This document shows positions 21,164-30,696 of a stretch of DNA of 33,444 bases, piece by piece (the first letter of the stretch is position 1; the number at the start of each line of letters is the position of its first letter). The notes below the pieces were generated by a model, which ran no database searches, had not been told where the DNA came from, and worked only from the letters and a program-made list of their open reading frames with translations. Origin of the DNA: an uncultured Bacilli bacterium (GTDB taxonomy: Bacteria > Bacillota_I > Bacilli_A > RF39 > UBA660); the NCBI GenBank assembly GCA_944350145.1, contig CALVOC010000003.1, positions 1 through 33,444 of the forward strand, read 5' to 3'. Both the position numbers and the translations under genes were made by a program.

Positions 21164-22057
21164 TTATAGAAATGGCAAATTATCCCTTTTGACACCACCA
21201 TGAACTTCATAGCAGTCATTGATAACAAAAAAAGCTTTTGGATCTACATCCAATATTGCTTCCTTAAATAAATAGTAATCTTTATTCGGAACCACACACA
21301 TTAAAATATTACTTTTCTTTTTAGAATACCCACCTTCCATGTCTAATACGGTTACCCCGGTATATAATTCATGCAAAATAAAATCTTCAACTTTTTCAAT
21401 TTCTCTTGTATGAATAAAAAACAATTTTGAATTGGAAATACCAATCATAATTTTATCCATAATATTTGTATAAATAAATAAAATAATAATTGCATAAATC
21501 ATTTGATTTAACCCAAATACAAAAGCACCGGTTAAAACCACAAAGCCCTGTATTACTAAGGCACATTTTCCTTCTGGCATATGAAAAAATTTATTAAAAA
21601 TACGAATGACAATATCAGATCCACCTGTATCAAAACCGACTTTGTACACTAATCCATATCCAACTCCATATAAAATTCCAGCAGTCAAAACAACTAAAAT
21701 CATGTTATCAAAAGCTAAATAAGGTTGCAATATTTTAACTACTGGTTCTGTTAAACTAATAAAAACAGGATACATTAAGCTTCCTACAATAGATATACCA
21801 GTTCTTTTTATACCGAGCAAAATAAAACTAAGAACTAACAATAAACAAGCACAGACATACAAAAAAACAGTCGAATTCCATCCAAATAATGATTCAAAAG
21901 CTATGGATAAACCAGTTGTACCCCCAATAACTAAATTATAAGGACGCAAAAAAAGATTATACGTAAGTGCTAACAAAAAAACACCTACTAAAATAATCAC
22001 AACTCGTTTATAAAAATCCTTTTGCAAAACTGTTTCTTTAATTTTTTGTAAATCCAT
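21164..22057 (-). CDS. YitT family membrane protein
   Basis: GGTTG and TGGSD repeats, multiple TM segments, C-terminal GVT..GGYS..DPKAF..EVHG (DUF2179-like). Confidence 0.9.
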   Translation of the reverse strand: MDLQKIKETVLQKDFYKRVVIILVGVFLLALTYNLFLRPYNLVIGGTTGLSIAFESLFGWNSTVFLYVCACLLLVLSFILLGIKRTGISIVGSLMYPVFISLTEPVVKILQPYLAFDNMILVVLTAGILYGVGYGLVYKVGFDTGGSDIVIRIFNKFFHMPEGKCALVIQGFVVLTGAFVFGLNQMIYAIIILFIYTNIMDKIMIGISNSKLFFIHTREIEKVEDFILHELYTGVTVLDMEGGYSKKKSNILMCVVPNKDYYLFKEAILDVDPKAFFVINDCYEVHGGVKRDNLPFL

Positions 22058-22090
22058 ACGATCCCTCACTATATAAAATTATAACGAACT

Positions 22091-22118
22091 TCTAAATAAA
22101 AAGCAACTAACATAAAAT
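22091..22118 (+). promoter_or_regulatory. Candidate mother-cell sigma-E promoter of gerQ (TCTAAAT-13-CATAAAAT)
   Basis: -10 resembles cATAcanT directly upstream of the GAGGTGA RBS; gerQ is sigma-E dependent in B. subtilis. Confidence 0.45.
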
Positions 22119-22139
22119 TTAACGAGGTGAGAAAATTTA

Positions 22140-22493
22140 ATGAATGGAAGTTTTTTTAGTAATCCAACATTTCCAGGATCAACAAAAACACCAATGACTC
22201 CCCCTGGAAATATTAGCAGTCAAAGCACATTACCTTTAGAACAAAGTTTAATTGAAAATATTTTAAGATTAAATAAAGGAAAAAAAGTCAAGGTATATGC
22301 TTCATACCCAGATTCAAATGAGTGGAGAGATCGAATCTATGAAGGAATCATCGAACAATCTGGACGAGACCATTTGCTTTTATCCGATCCAACAACAGGC
22401 AATTGGTTTTTACTTAGAATGCTATACATAAATTTCATTGAATTTGGTGAAAGAATAAATTACAATCCAGACTATTCGGATACATTTGATTAA
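22140..22493 (+). CDS. gerQ: Spore coat protein GerQ (YwdL)
   Basis: EQSLIENILRLNKGK..EW..GIIEQSGRDHLLLSDP.TG signature. Confidence 0.9.
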   Translation: MNGSFFSNPTFPGSTKTPMTPPGNISSQSTLPLEQSLIENILRLNKGKKVKVYASYPDSNEWRDRIYEGIIEQSGRDHLLLSDPTTGNWFLLRMLYINFIEFGERINYNPDYSDTFD

Positions 22494-22515
22494 GAAACAT
22501 TTTGTTTCTTTTTTT
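22492..22515 (+). terminator. Intrinsic terminator between convergent gerQ and MBL hydrolase
   Basis: AAGAAACA-TTT-TGTTTCTT followed by a T-run. Confidence 0.6.
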
Positions 22516-23014
22516 AAATGAATTGTTCCAAAAAATTCTTTTCTTTTCCTAAAACGGTCAATCTTCCATGCCCAGGATACAATATGGTATCTAAAGGAAT
22601 ATTTTTTAAAATCTTTTGAATGGATTCTCTCATCAAAAAATCATTACCGCCCAAGTCAGTTCTTCCAATCGAATGATAAAAAATAAAATCTCCAACAAAC
22701 ATAACTTTTTCATCTGGAAAATAAAAAGAAATAGAATCTAAAGTATGCCCAGGATTTGAAAAAATTTCATAATGAAATTCTTGTACCTTTTGATTCACTT
22801 GTAAAGGATAAAATTTTAAAAGTTCTTTTAAAGCACCGATATGATCAAAATGAAAATGAGTTACCAATATTCCAACTACTTTATAAGGTTTTAAAAAAGC
22901 CAATATTTTTTCTATTTCATCTCCAGGATCTATTACAATCGCTTCATTCTTTTTATTTACCACTACATAGCAATTTTCTTGAAGCTTTCCTACAACTAAA
23001 GTATGTATTGTCAT
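22514..23014 (-). CDS. MBL-fold metallo-hydrolase (glyoxalase II-like)
   Basis: IDPG, THFHFDHIG (HxHxDH), PGHT, GD, GRTD, PGHG; promoter TTTACA-17-TATAAT at 23053-23081. Confidence 0.9.
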   Translation of the reverse strand: MTIHTLVVGKLQENCYVVVNKKNEAIVIDPGDEIEKILAFLKPYKVVGILVTHFHFDHIGALKELLKFYPLQVNQKVQEFHYEIFSNPGHTLDSISFYFPDEKVMFVGDFIFYHSIGRTDLGGNDFLMRESIQKILKNIPLDTILYPGHGRLTVLGKEKNFLEQFI

Positions 23015-23140
23015 AAATACCTTCTTTCTAAATTATTCTAAAAATTAATTATATTATAAGGTAAAAGTAAATACTTGTAAATCGAACTACAAATAAATCA
23101 AAAAATATGATACAATGCTTATAGAATAGAGGAAGAAATT

Positions 23141-23686
23141 ATGGAAACATTAACAATTTTTTTATTACTAATTATTTTAATAGGAATTCTTGCAATTTTT
23201 TATATAAGTATTTACAATAATATTCAATTTAATAAAACCAAAATTGAAAAAGTAGAAGGAAATATTGATGATGATTTAAGAGCCAAGTTTGACCTTATTA
23301 TTAAAGCAGATACGGTAATTAAAAACACATTAAATGAAAAAAAAGATTATTTAAAAGATTTTATTCATTTAAAAGAAGAAAAAATCAGTAATTTCGATTT
23401 AGAAAGAAAACTAAAAGAAGCTGAAACAATTATTACTACTTTATATGAAGATAATAAAGAATTAAATGAAAATGAAAGTATGAAAGAAATAAAAGAAGAA
23501 TTTAAAAACGCAAATGAAAAACTACTCGCAGGTATCTCTTATTATAACAAACACGTCAACGAAATGAATGCATTTATAAGAAAATTTCCAAATAATATAG
23601 TAGCAAAAATTCATCATATCAAACCAAAAACATTCTTTGATGGAAAAGATATGACCGATACAGACATTAATGATTTTAAACTATAA
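23141..23686 (+). CDS. lemA: LemA family protein
   Basis: N-terminal TM, YN..coiled coil..YYN..V..N..I.KFP.NIVA pattern; TGATACAAT promoter at 23108-23116. Confidence 0.8.
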   Translation: METLTIFLLLIILIGILAIFYISIYNNIQFNKTKIEKVEGNIDDDLRAKFDLIIKADTVIKNTLNEKKDYLKDFIHLKEEKISNFDLERKLKEAETIITTLYEDNKELNENESMKEIKEEFKNANEKLLAGISYYNKHVNEMNAFIRKFPNNIVAKIHHIKPKTFFDGKDMTDTDINDFKL

Positions 23687-23714
23687 AAAAAGTTGCCATT
23701 CGGGCAATTTTTTT
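23685..23714. terminator. Bidirectional intrinsic terminator between lemA and the P-type ATPase
   Basis: AAAAAAGTTGCC-ATTCG-GGCAATTTTTTT. Confidence 0.75.
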
Positions 23715-26340
23715 AATCCTTAAAAAATTTATTTAAAATAGGTTTGAATACTTCAATAATAACTAAACTAACTAAATTTACTAAAAAAACTAGAACAAAC
23801 TGACTAAAACTGACAATTTGTAAAGAAAAAATTTGACCAATCGGAGTTAAAAAGACCAAAAGTTGAATGATCAATAAAACAAATATTCCTAAATTTAATT
23901 GCTTATTTGAAAAAATCCCTCTAGAAAAGATTCCTTCTTTTAAAGATCGACAATTATATGCAAAAACAAATTCATTTAATACAACACTAAGTAAAGCAAG
24001 TGTCTGAGCCATGTTGACTCCCCAAATATGAATACTAGCAAAATAAACAAGCAAAGATACAGCCGTTTCTACTAAAACAGAAAGTATTAAAAAAGCTAGA
24101 AAATATGGTGTAAAAATTGGTTTATTTAAACCATTCGGTTTTTTCTTCATATTATTTTTACTGGACTTTTCAAAGGCTAAACAAATCGAAGGAATAGTAT
24201 CCGCAACTAAATCAATATACAAAACGTGTAATGCTAGAATGATTTGATTATTTAAAAACATTCCAAGAATAATCAAAACAATTTCTGTAAAGTTACTAGA
24301 AAGATTGTACAAAACATTCGCGATAACATTATCATAGATTCTTCTTCCTTCATCAACCGCGGTTACAATGGTTGAAAAACTATCATCAAGCAAGAGAATG
24401 TCCGAAACACTTTTCGTAACATCTGTTCCACTAGCACCCATTCCAATTCCAACATTAGCAAGTTCCAAAGCAGGTGCATCATTTACTCCATCCCCAGTCA
24501 TAGCTACTACTTTTCCTTGTCGTTCTAAAGCATCGACAATTAAGTACTTATGATCTGGTGAAACCCGTGCAAAAACATTACATTCATTCACACATTTTTT
24601 TAATTCTTTAGGAGTCATTTTATCAAGTTCACTACCCAATACTCCTTTTTCATTCTTTTCTATAATTCCAACTTCTCGAGCAATAGCAAGAGCAGTATCT
24701 AAACTATCTCCAGTAATCATTATAGGTCTTATTTTAGCACTCTTACATTTAGAAATAGCTTCTTTAACATCACTTCTAGCAGGATCTTTCATAGCCAATA
24801 ATCCAACAAAAATCAAATGATTATTTTCTTCTTTCAAATATTTTTCTTCTTCTTGATAAGTAGGAAGTTGATCTTTATAAGCAAAGCCAATAACTTTTAA
24901 AGCTTCTCTAGACATATTTTCTTCAATTTCTAAGATTTTTTCTTTATCTTCTTTACTTATTTTTCTCACTTTACCATTTTCTAAAAGAAAATTAGAACGC
25001 GTTAAAAGAGCTTCTAAACTACCTTTCGTATATAGAGTTTTCTCACCATCTTTTTCATAGACAAAACTCATCATCTTGCGATCTGAATCAAAAGGTATTT
25101 CAACAATTTTTTTATAACCTTTTTTAAAATCTTCCACAGAAATCTTTTTGTTTTCCAAAAAATTTAGGAATGAAACATCTACGGCATCCCCGACATATTT
25201 ACCTTTTTTATCTTGAATTGCTGTATTACACAGAGCCAAAATCGAAACAATTTTATCATCTTTTTGCAATGAAAGATCTTTCGATAAAAAAACATCTTTA
25301 TCGATATATCCTTTGACAACTTCCATTTGATTCATTGTAAGAGTTCCGGTTTTATCAGTGCAAATAACTTCTGTTGCTCCAAGTGTTTCGATAGCAGCCA
25401 TATTACGAACTACTGTTTTTTTCTTAGCCATCGCTTTAACCCCAATCATCAAAGTAGATGTAATAGCAATAGGTAAACATTCAGGAACAGAAGCAACAAT
25501 CATCGAAATACAAAGCATAATAACAGTAAGAACATCATAATCCTTTATAATACTAAAAATTAAAACAAACATTACTAGAAAAATAGCAACCATTGAAATA
25601 AACGTACTGACCTTTTTTACTTTCACTTGTAAAGAGGTAATTGGCTCATCACTTGTATTAATCGCTTTAGCAATTTTACCAATCTCAGTTTTCATCGAAG
25701 TCGCGACAACAACCGCGATAACTTTACCCGATACCAAATTTGTTCCCGCATAAACCATATTACTTCTCTCATGCAAAGAAACATCTTTAGAAATTATCTC
25801 ATCGTTTTTTAAAACAGAATTACTTTCACCAGTTAAAACCGATTCATCTGCTTTGGCAAAATAACTTTCAATAATCCTAGCATCTGCCGGAACACTATCT
25901 CCAGCTTCCAAAAGAATAACATCTCCAACAACCAAATTCGTAGAAGCTACTTCCTCAATATGATTATCTCGATATACTTGTACCTTTGTTATACTATATC
26001 TTTTTAATTTTTCAACAGCATCCTCAGCTTTATCTTCTTGTAAATATCCCATAAAAACATTTACAAGAGTAGTTCCCAGAATAACAATCGAATCTAAATA
26101 ATCACGAGTATCAAAAAGAGCATAGAAAAAAGACAAAATTCCAACAACCAAAAGCAATATCACCATAAAATTCTTAAATTGATCAAAAAAAATTTTAATT
26201 TTACTTCTTCTTTTTTTCCCTTCAATAATGTTTTCACCATATTTTTCTAATCTTCGTTTTGCTTCACTTTTTGTAAGACCCGTCTTGGATGTTAGAAAAT
26301 ATTTCAAAACATCTTCCACCTTTTCACGATAAAAATTCAA
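23713..26340 (-). CDS. Cation-transporting P-type ATPase (type IIA, Ca2+-ATPase-like)
   Basis: LTGES, VPECLP, DKTGTLT phosphorylation site, KGS, DP.R, MITGD, TGDGVND; TTG start behind AAGGTGA; TGTTATACT promoter at 26359-26367. Confidence 0.93.
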   Translation of the reverse strand: MNFYREKVEDVLKYFLTSKTGLTKSEAKRRLEKYGENIIEGKKRRSKIKIFFDQFKNFMVILLLVVGILSFFYALFDTRDYLDSIVILGTTLVNVFMGYLQEDKAEDAVEKLKRYSITKVQVYRDNHIEEVASTNLVVGDVILLEAGDSVPADARIIESYFAKADESVLTGESNSVLKNDEIISKDVSLHERSNMVYAGTNLVSGKVIAVVVATSMKTEIGKIAKAINTSDEPITSLQVKVKKVSTFISMVAIFLVMFVLIFSIIKDYDVLTVIMLCISMIVASVPECLPIAITSTLMIGVKAMAKKKTVVRNMAAIETLGATEVICTDKTGTLTMNQMEVVKGYIDKDVFLSKDLSLQKDDKIVSILALCNTAIQDKKGKYVGDAVDVSFLNFLENKKISVEDFKKGYKKIVEIPFDSDRKMMSFVYEKDGEKTLYTKGSLEALLTRSNFLLENGKVRKISKEDKEKILEIEENMSREALKVIGFAYKDQLPTYQEEEKYLKEENNHLIFVGLLAMKDPARSDVKEAISKCKSAKIRPIMITGDSLDTALAIAREVGIIEKNEKGVLGSELDKMTPKELKKCVNECNVFARVSPDHKYLIVDALERQGKVVAMTGDGVNDAPALELANVGIGMGASGTDVTKSVSDILLLDDSFSTIVTAVDEGRRIYDNVIANVLYNLSSNFTEIVLIILGMFLNNQIILALHVLYIDLVADTIPSICLAFEKSSKNNMKKKPNGLNKPIFTPYFLAFLILSVLVETAVSLLVYFASIHIWGVNMAQTLALLSVVLNEFVFAYNCRSLKEGIFSRGIFSNKQLNLGIFVLLIIQLLVFLTPIGQIFSLQIVSFSQFVLVFLVNLVSLVIIEVFKPILNKFFKD

Positions 26341-26425
26341 TGAACATCACCTTCTTAAAGTATAACATAAAGAATAAAAGATCGCTTAGCTAGAATATAA
26401 AAAAAGACAATTTTTGACAAATCAT

Positions 26426-27100
26426 CTATTCTTTTCTACTCCAGTCAATTTCTTTTAATCCATCTTTTTTCAAAAACTCATTCGTTCTAGAAAAAGGTTT
26501 GCTTCCAAAAAAACCATATCTAGCTGAAAAAGGACTAGGATGAGGTGAAGTAATAATGTGATGAATGGGATTCGTAATATATTTAGCTTTTTCTTTAGCA
26601 AAATTCCCCCACAAAATAAAAACAACGGGTGTATCTTTTTGATTTACCAATTTAATAATATAATCGGTAAACAATTCCCAACCTAATTTACGATGAGATG
26701 CTGGAGTATCCTTTACCACAGTTAAAACTGCATTTAAAAGTAAAACGCCTTCCTTAGCCCATCCCGTCAAGTCTCCATCACTACGAGGTGGAATTCCCAA
26801 ATCATCGTAAAGTTCTTTGTAAATATTCTGTAAAGAAGGAGGAATCTTTACACCTTTTTGAATTGAAAAAGAAAGACCATGAGCTTCACCTACACCATGG
26901 TATGGATCTTGTCCCATAATAACAACTTTCACATTATGATAAGGTGTTAATTTTAAAGCCTCAAAAATATGATCATGAGGCGGAAAAATAGTTTTAGTAG
27001 CATACTCATGATTAACTACGTCCATAAATTTATGAAAGCCTGAACTTTCCCAAATAATTTTTAATTTTTCATCCCAATCATTTCCAATCATAACCTTCAC
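26426..27100 (-). CDS. ung: Uracil-DNA glycosylase
   Basis: GQDPYH, AHGLSFS, PPSLQN, GVLLLN and HPSP motifs. Confidence 0.96.
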   Translation of the reverse strand: MKVMIGNDWDEKLKIIWESSGFHKFMDVVNHEYATKTIFPPHDHIFEALKLTPYHNVKVVIMGQDPYHGVGEAHGLSFSIQKGVKIPPSLQNIYKELYDDLGIPPRSDGDLTGWAKEGVLLLNAVLTVVKDTPASHRKLGWELFTDYIIKLVNQKDTPVVFILWGNFAKEKAKYITNPIHHIITSPHPSPFSARYGFFGSKPFSRTNEFLKKDGLKEIDWSRKE

Positions 27101-27107
27101 TCCTAAA

Positions 27108-27545
27108 CTATTTATGATAACTTTCGTGATTCAAAATTTTAAAACCCCGATAAATTTGCTCAAGCAAAATTCCTCGAAATAATCCATGTGGAAAAGTAAA
27201 TTTTGAAAAAGAAATTGCAATATCGGCTCTTTGTTTGATTTCATCATGCAACCCCAATGAACTTCCAATCACAAAAGTGATATTTGAATGAGTCAAAAAA
27301 GTCTCATCAATCTTTTTAGCAAATTCCTCGCTAGTCATTAAAGTTCCCAAAATCTCCAATGTAATTACATAATCACGAGGCGAAAGAAAAGGCATCAAAT
27401 GATTTTTTTCATTTTCTAAATTATCCTCATCACGAACCTCAATAACTTCTATTTTATGATACTTAGAAATTCTCTTTTTATAATCTTCAATCATTTCTTT
27501 TAAATAGTTCTCTTTTATCTTACCGACACACAAAATCTTTATCAT
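27108..27545 (-). CDS. rlmH: 23S rRNA (pseudouridine1915-N3)-methyltransferase RlmH
   Basis: VGKIKE, FVIGSSLG, SKFTFPH, LLEQIYR and terminal YHK. Confidence 0.95.
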   Translation of the reverse strand: MIKILCVGKIKENYLKEMIEDYKKRISKYHKIEVIEVRDEDNLENEKNHLMPFLSPRDYVITLEILGTLMTSEEFAKKIDETFLTHSNITFVIGSSLGLHDEIKQRADIAISFSKFTFPHGLFRGILLEQIYRGFKILNHESYHK

Positions 27546-28302
27546 CGCACACCTTCGTTATTTCATTTTGTTTAGCACACACTACATCTTTAAAATCCAT
27601 CTCATACTCTTTAAAAGTTTGAAAAAAAGTTTCTAAAGCTTTCTCTTCAGTATTATTATGTTGAGACAAATGCATTAACACAATTTTCTTTGTATTCTCA
27701 CCAACCAACTTAGTTAAATAAAAACTACTATCCTTATTTGAAAGGTGGCCAAGAGTTCCCAAAACACGTTGCTTAAGCCATTTAGGATAAGGTCCATCCA
27801 TAAGCATTTGAATATCATGATTACTTTCAATCAAATAATAATTTTTATCTTTCAAAACAGAAAAATATTTTCGATTTAAATACCCTGTATCTGTCAAGTA
27901 AACCAACGAATTTATACCATCCGACAAAACAAAATTTCTCGAATCTGTTACATCATGACTCGTCCGAATAGTTTTGACAGCAATATTTCCAATATAAAAA
28001 TCATCATCATAAATAACAACATTTTCATAATCTTTTAAAAAATCCAAATCGTAAAACATTTTTTCTGTTACAAAAACTTGAGGATGAAATTTTTTTAAAA
28101 AAACTTTTAAAGCACTAACATGATCATCATGAGTATGACTAATCAAAATAGCTTGAATAGCTTCAAGATCTTCATCGATTTCTTTAATTTTTTCCTTAAT
28201 ATATTTTGCATTCTTTCCTATATCAATTAAAATACGAACATCTCTAGAAGAAAAGAAAGTGCAATTTCCTTCACTTCCACTTGCCAAAACTACTGCTTTC
28301 AT
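27520..28302 (-). CDS. walJ: WalJ/YycJ-type MBL-fold hydrolase
   Basis: LASGSEGN, SHTHDDH, SHD, TDTG, ESNHD, YP..LKQRV..GHLSN, HLS.HNN; ATG 28302 overlaps the upstream TGA. Confidence 0.85.
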   Translation of the reverse strand: MKAVVLASGSEGNCTFFSSRDVRILIDIGKNAKYIKEKIKEIDEDLEAIQAILISHTHDDHVSALKVFLKKFHPQVFVTEKMFYDLDFLKDYENVVIYDDDFYIGNIAVKTIRTSHDVTDSRNFVLSDGINSLVYLTDTGYLNRKYFSVLKDKNYYLIESNHDIQMLMDGPYPKWLKQRVLGTLGHLSNKDSSFYLTKLVGENTKKIVLMHLSQHNNTEEKALETFFQTFKEYEMDFKDVVCAKQNEITKVCDDKDFVCR

Positions 28303-29825
28303 CGATATAAACTCCAAGGATTATACCATTTCCCGCCTTGCATTGGAGATCCTTGTGATAATCCAAAGTGTAAATGAGCTCCGGTTGAAGAACCACTACT
28401 ACCCATATGTCCAATAAGTTGACCTTTTGTAACTCGCGTACCTGCAGATACTTCCAAATTTGTAGTTAAATGAGCATACATGGTATAAATATTATTAGAA
28501 TGCTGTATGATAATATAATTTCCATAACTCATTCCACACATACTACCATACCAGCCATAATTTGCACATGAAGCATTTGTCTCTACAACCACACCATCTT
28601 GAGCAGCATAAATCGGAGAATTAAACCCAGGCCCAGAAATATCCAAAGCATTATGGAATTCTCCCCAACGCCACTCATAATTTGTCGTAATAATATATGG
28701 AGTAAGTGTTGGCCAAGACCAAGACATACCTGTTTCAATATAATCTCCATGAGAAGGACTAACCCAACCGCTATAGGAAGGACCAACAGAAGTAATTTCA
28801 TCAACAGATTCTCTTATAGTAACACTACTAATCACGGTTGCATCCTGAGCACGTTCACCATTAATAACTCGAACTTCTTGGGTAATTCTCTCCAAACCAG
28901 TTACACCAGCTTGCGTAACTTTACTTGTTCCTCTTTTCATAGAATCATCTACTACAGTGGTTTTTGTAAAAGCTTGTTCTACATCTTCTGTAACACGTAC
29001 TTCTTGATATAAAGTTAAAATAGGATTGATAACCCCATTAGATAAACTATCACCAATAGCTAAAACTGCATTTTCTCCACGATACTTAGGATTGGCAATT
29101 AAAAGTTCACGCACATTTAACTTACTCGCTTCTGCAATTGAAGCTAAAGTATCTCCTTTTTGAACAATATAACTTTGAATAGGATCAGTTGTACCATATA
29201 GTAAATACTGAGTTAATTCATCAGCATTTGTAAAAATTTTATCATGAACAGATATATATGCTTGCTTAATAGTTATAGTCTCTTCAAATTCCATATGTTT
29301 AATGATAGACCCAACGTCAGTAATTTCCTCCTGAGTATTATTAATATAAGCATTATAATCATCTTCATCCACGAAAGTAGTAATAAACTTATGTTCGGCC
29401 TCATAATAAATATCATCATCTAAAACCGATATTTGAGTTACTTTCTCTTCCTCATTTTCTGTTGCAGGTGAAGAAATAGTAACCAAATATCCCTCAATCG
29501 TAAAATCACTTTTTTCTTTAATTTTTTCATAAATATCATTTGCCGAAGAAACGTTTTCATCATAAGTAACATATTCTACAATATTAAAACCATTAGGCGG
29601 ATAGACTTGATCAACTTGATAGGTATCTTTAATATCTTGTTGTTCTTCATTAATCAAATTTAAAAGTTCATTTTTATCAGCAACTAAACCAAGCTTTTCT
29701 CCATCTAAATAAACTTGATAAACATTTTTAGGAGTAGAATTTTGTTTAGAAAATCCTACACAAACAAAAAGAATTACCATTACAACTGTAACAACACTTA
29801 AAAGAATTTTATCACGAATTTTCAT
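28299..29825 (-). CDS. Membrane-anchored LysM-G5-M23 peptidoglycan endopeptidase
   Basis: N-terminal TM, LysM (YIVQKGDTLASIA..L..AN), G5 domain, M23 with HNALD/YAH/HLH. Start at ATG 29825 behind AAGGAG. Confidence 0.9.
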   Translation of the reverse strand: MKIRDKILLSVVTVVMVILFVCVGFSKQNSTPKNVYQVYLDGEKLGLVADKNELLNLINEEQQDIKDTYQVDQVYPPNGFNIVEYVTYDENVSSANDIYEKIKEKSDFTIEGYLVTISSPATENEEEKVTQISVLDDDIYYEAEHKFITTFVDEDDYNAYINNTQEEITDVGSIIKHMEFEETITIKQAYISVHDKIFTNADELTQYLLYGTTDPIQSYIVQKGDTLASIAEASKLNVRELLIANPKYRGENAVLAIGDSLSNGVINPILTLYQEVRVTEDVEQAFTKTTVVDDSMKRGTSKVTQAGVTGLERITQEVRVINGERAQDATVISSVTIRESVDEITSVGPSYSGWVSPSHGDYIETGMSWSWPTLTPYIITTNYEWRWGEFHNALDISGPGFNSPIYAAQDGVVVETNASCANYGWYGSMCGMSYGNYIIIQHSNNIYTMYAHLTTNLEVSAGTRVTKGQLIGHMGSSGSSTGAHLHFGLSQGSPMQGGKWYNPWSLYR

Positions 29826-29850
29826 AAGCACTCCTTTAAATACCTTCAAC

Positions 29851-29889
29851 ATTATATCATAAAAAAGAAAGTTCGTAAAATGAACTTTC
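29851..29889 (-). promoter_or_regulatory. Fused terminator (GAAAGTTC-N7-GAACTTTC) and sigma-A promoter (TTTACG-17-TATAAT with TG)
   Basis: Hairpin 29867-29889; -35 in the hairpin loop; TGATATAAT at 29851-29859. Confidence 0.65.
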
Positions 29890-29891
29890 CC

Positions 29892-30680
29892 TTATTTCAA
29901 TTCCAATTTACGAACAAAAGGTTCACCTTTTAAAGCCAAATGTTCATTTGATTCATATAAGGTATTAGCGTATCTTCTAATTTTTCTTAATTTATAATCT
30001 GACAAAATATGAGTATATACGTTTGCAAACTGAATCTGTTGATCACGAATCTCTCTTAAAATAGCATAACTAGAATTTTTTAAAGAAACCTCAGCCATTA
30101 AAGCATCTTGAATTGGCTTTTGTTGATAAAATGGACTCTCATATAAATCTTTCTGACTCAAAAAATTTTTATATTCTACATCTCCATCTGAAATAAGTTC
30201 TAAACTAACATTTCTTCCTTCAAGCATCCCATAAGCTAATGTATAAAATTGATTAGGATTTGTAGAATACAAATGAAGTTCATGTTCACTATTAAATTCG
30301 ATATTTCTTTGTAAAGCCAACTCATAAGCAAGACGTTTCATTAAAATAAAACCATTCTTACTCAACTTTTTTTCATATAAAGATAAATCCATATTCATCG
30401 GATACATCAAATACAAAATCTCTGGATGTTTAGAATCCCAAAGAACATTTCCAGTCGTATATTTTTCATGAATTAAACCTTTAGAAATGTCAGCCTCAAA
30501 GACAGATGGATCACTTGACTTATGAACATCTTGAAAAATCTCTTTAAATTCTGGATTCTCTAAAAAATAATATAATTTTCTTTTTAAATCCATTTCATGG
30601 ACTTGATAAATGCCATTTTTAATAAGTAACCAAAACAGCAATTTCACAAAATCTGTTTCTGTAAATTTCTTTTCTAACAT
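29892..30680 (-). CDS. Hypothetical protein (262 aa)
   Basis: GGGAG RBS directly after the dnaB stop, followed by a terminator. No confident family. Confidence 0.75.
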   Translation of the reverse strand: MLEKKFTETDFVKLLFWLLIKNGIYQVHEMDLKRKLYYFLENPEFKEIFQDVHKSSDPSVFEADISKGLIHEKYTTGNVLWDSKHPEILYLMYPMNMDLSLYEKKLSKNGFILMKRLAYELALQRNIEFNSEHELHLYSTNPNQFYTLAYGMLEGRNVSLELISDGDVEYKNFLSQKDLYESPFYQQKPIQDALMAEVSLKNSSYAILREIRDQQIQFANVYTHILSDYKLRKIRRYANTLYESNEHLALKGEPFVRKLELK

Positions 30681-30696
30681 TTTAAAAACTCCCTAA

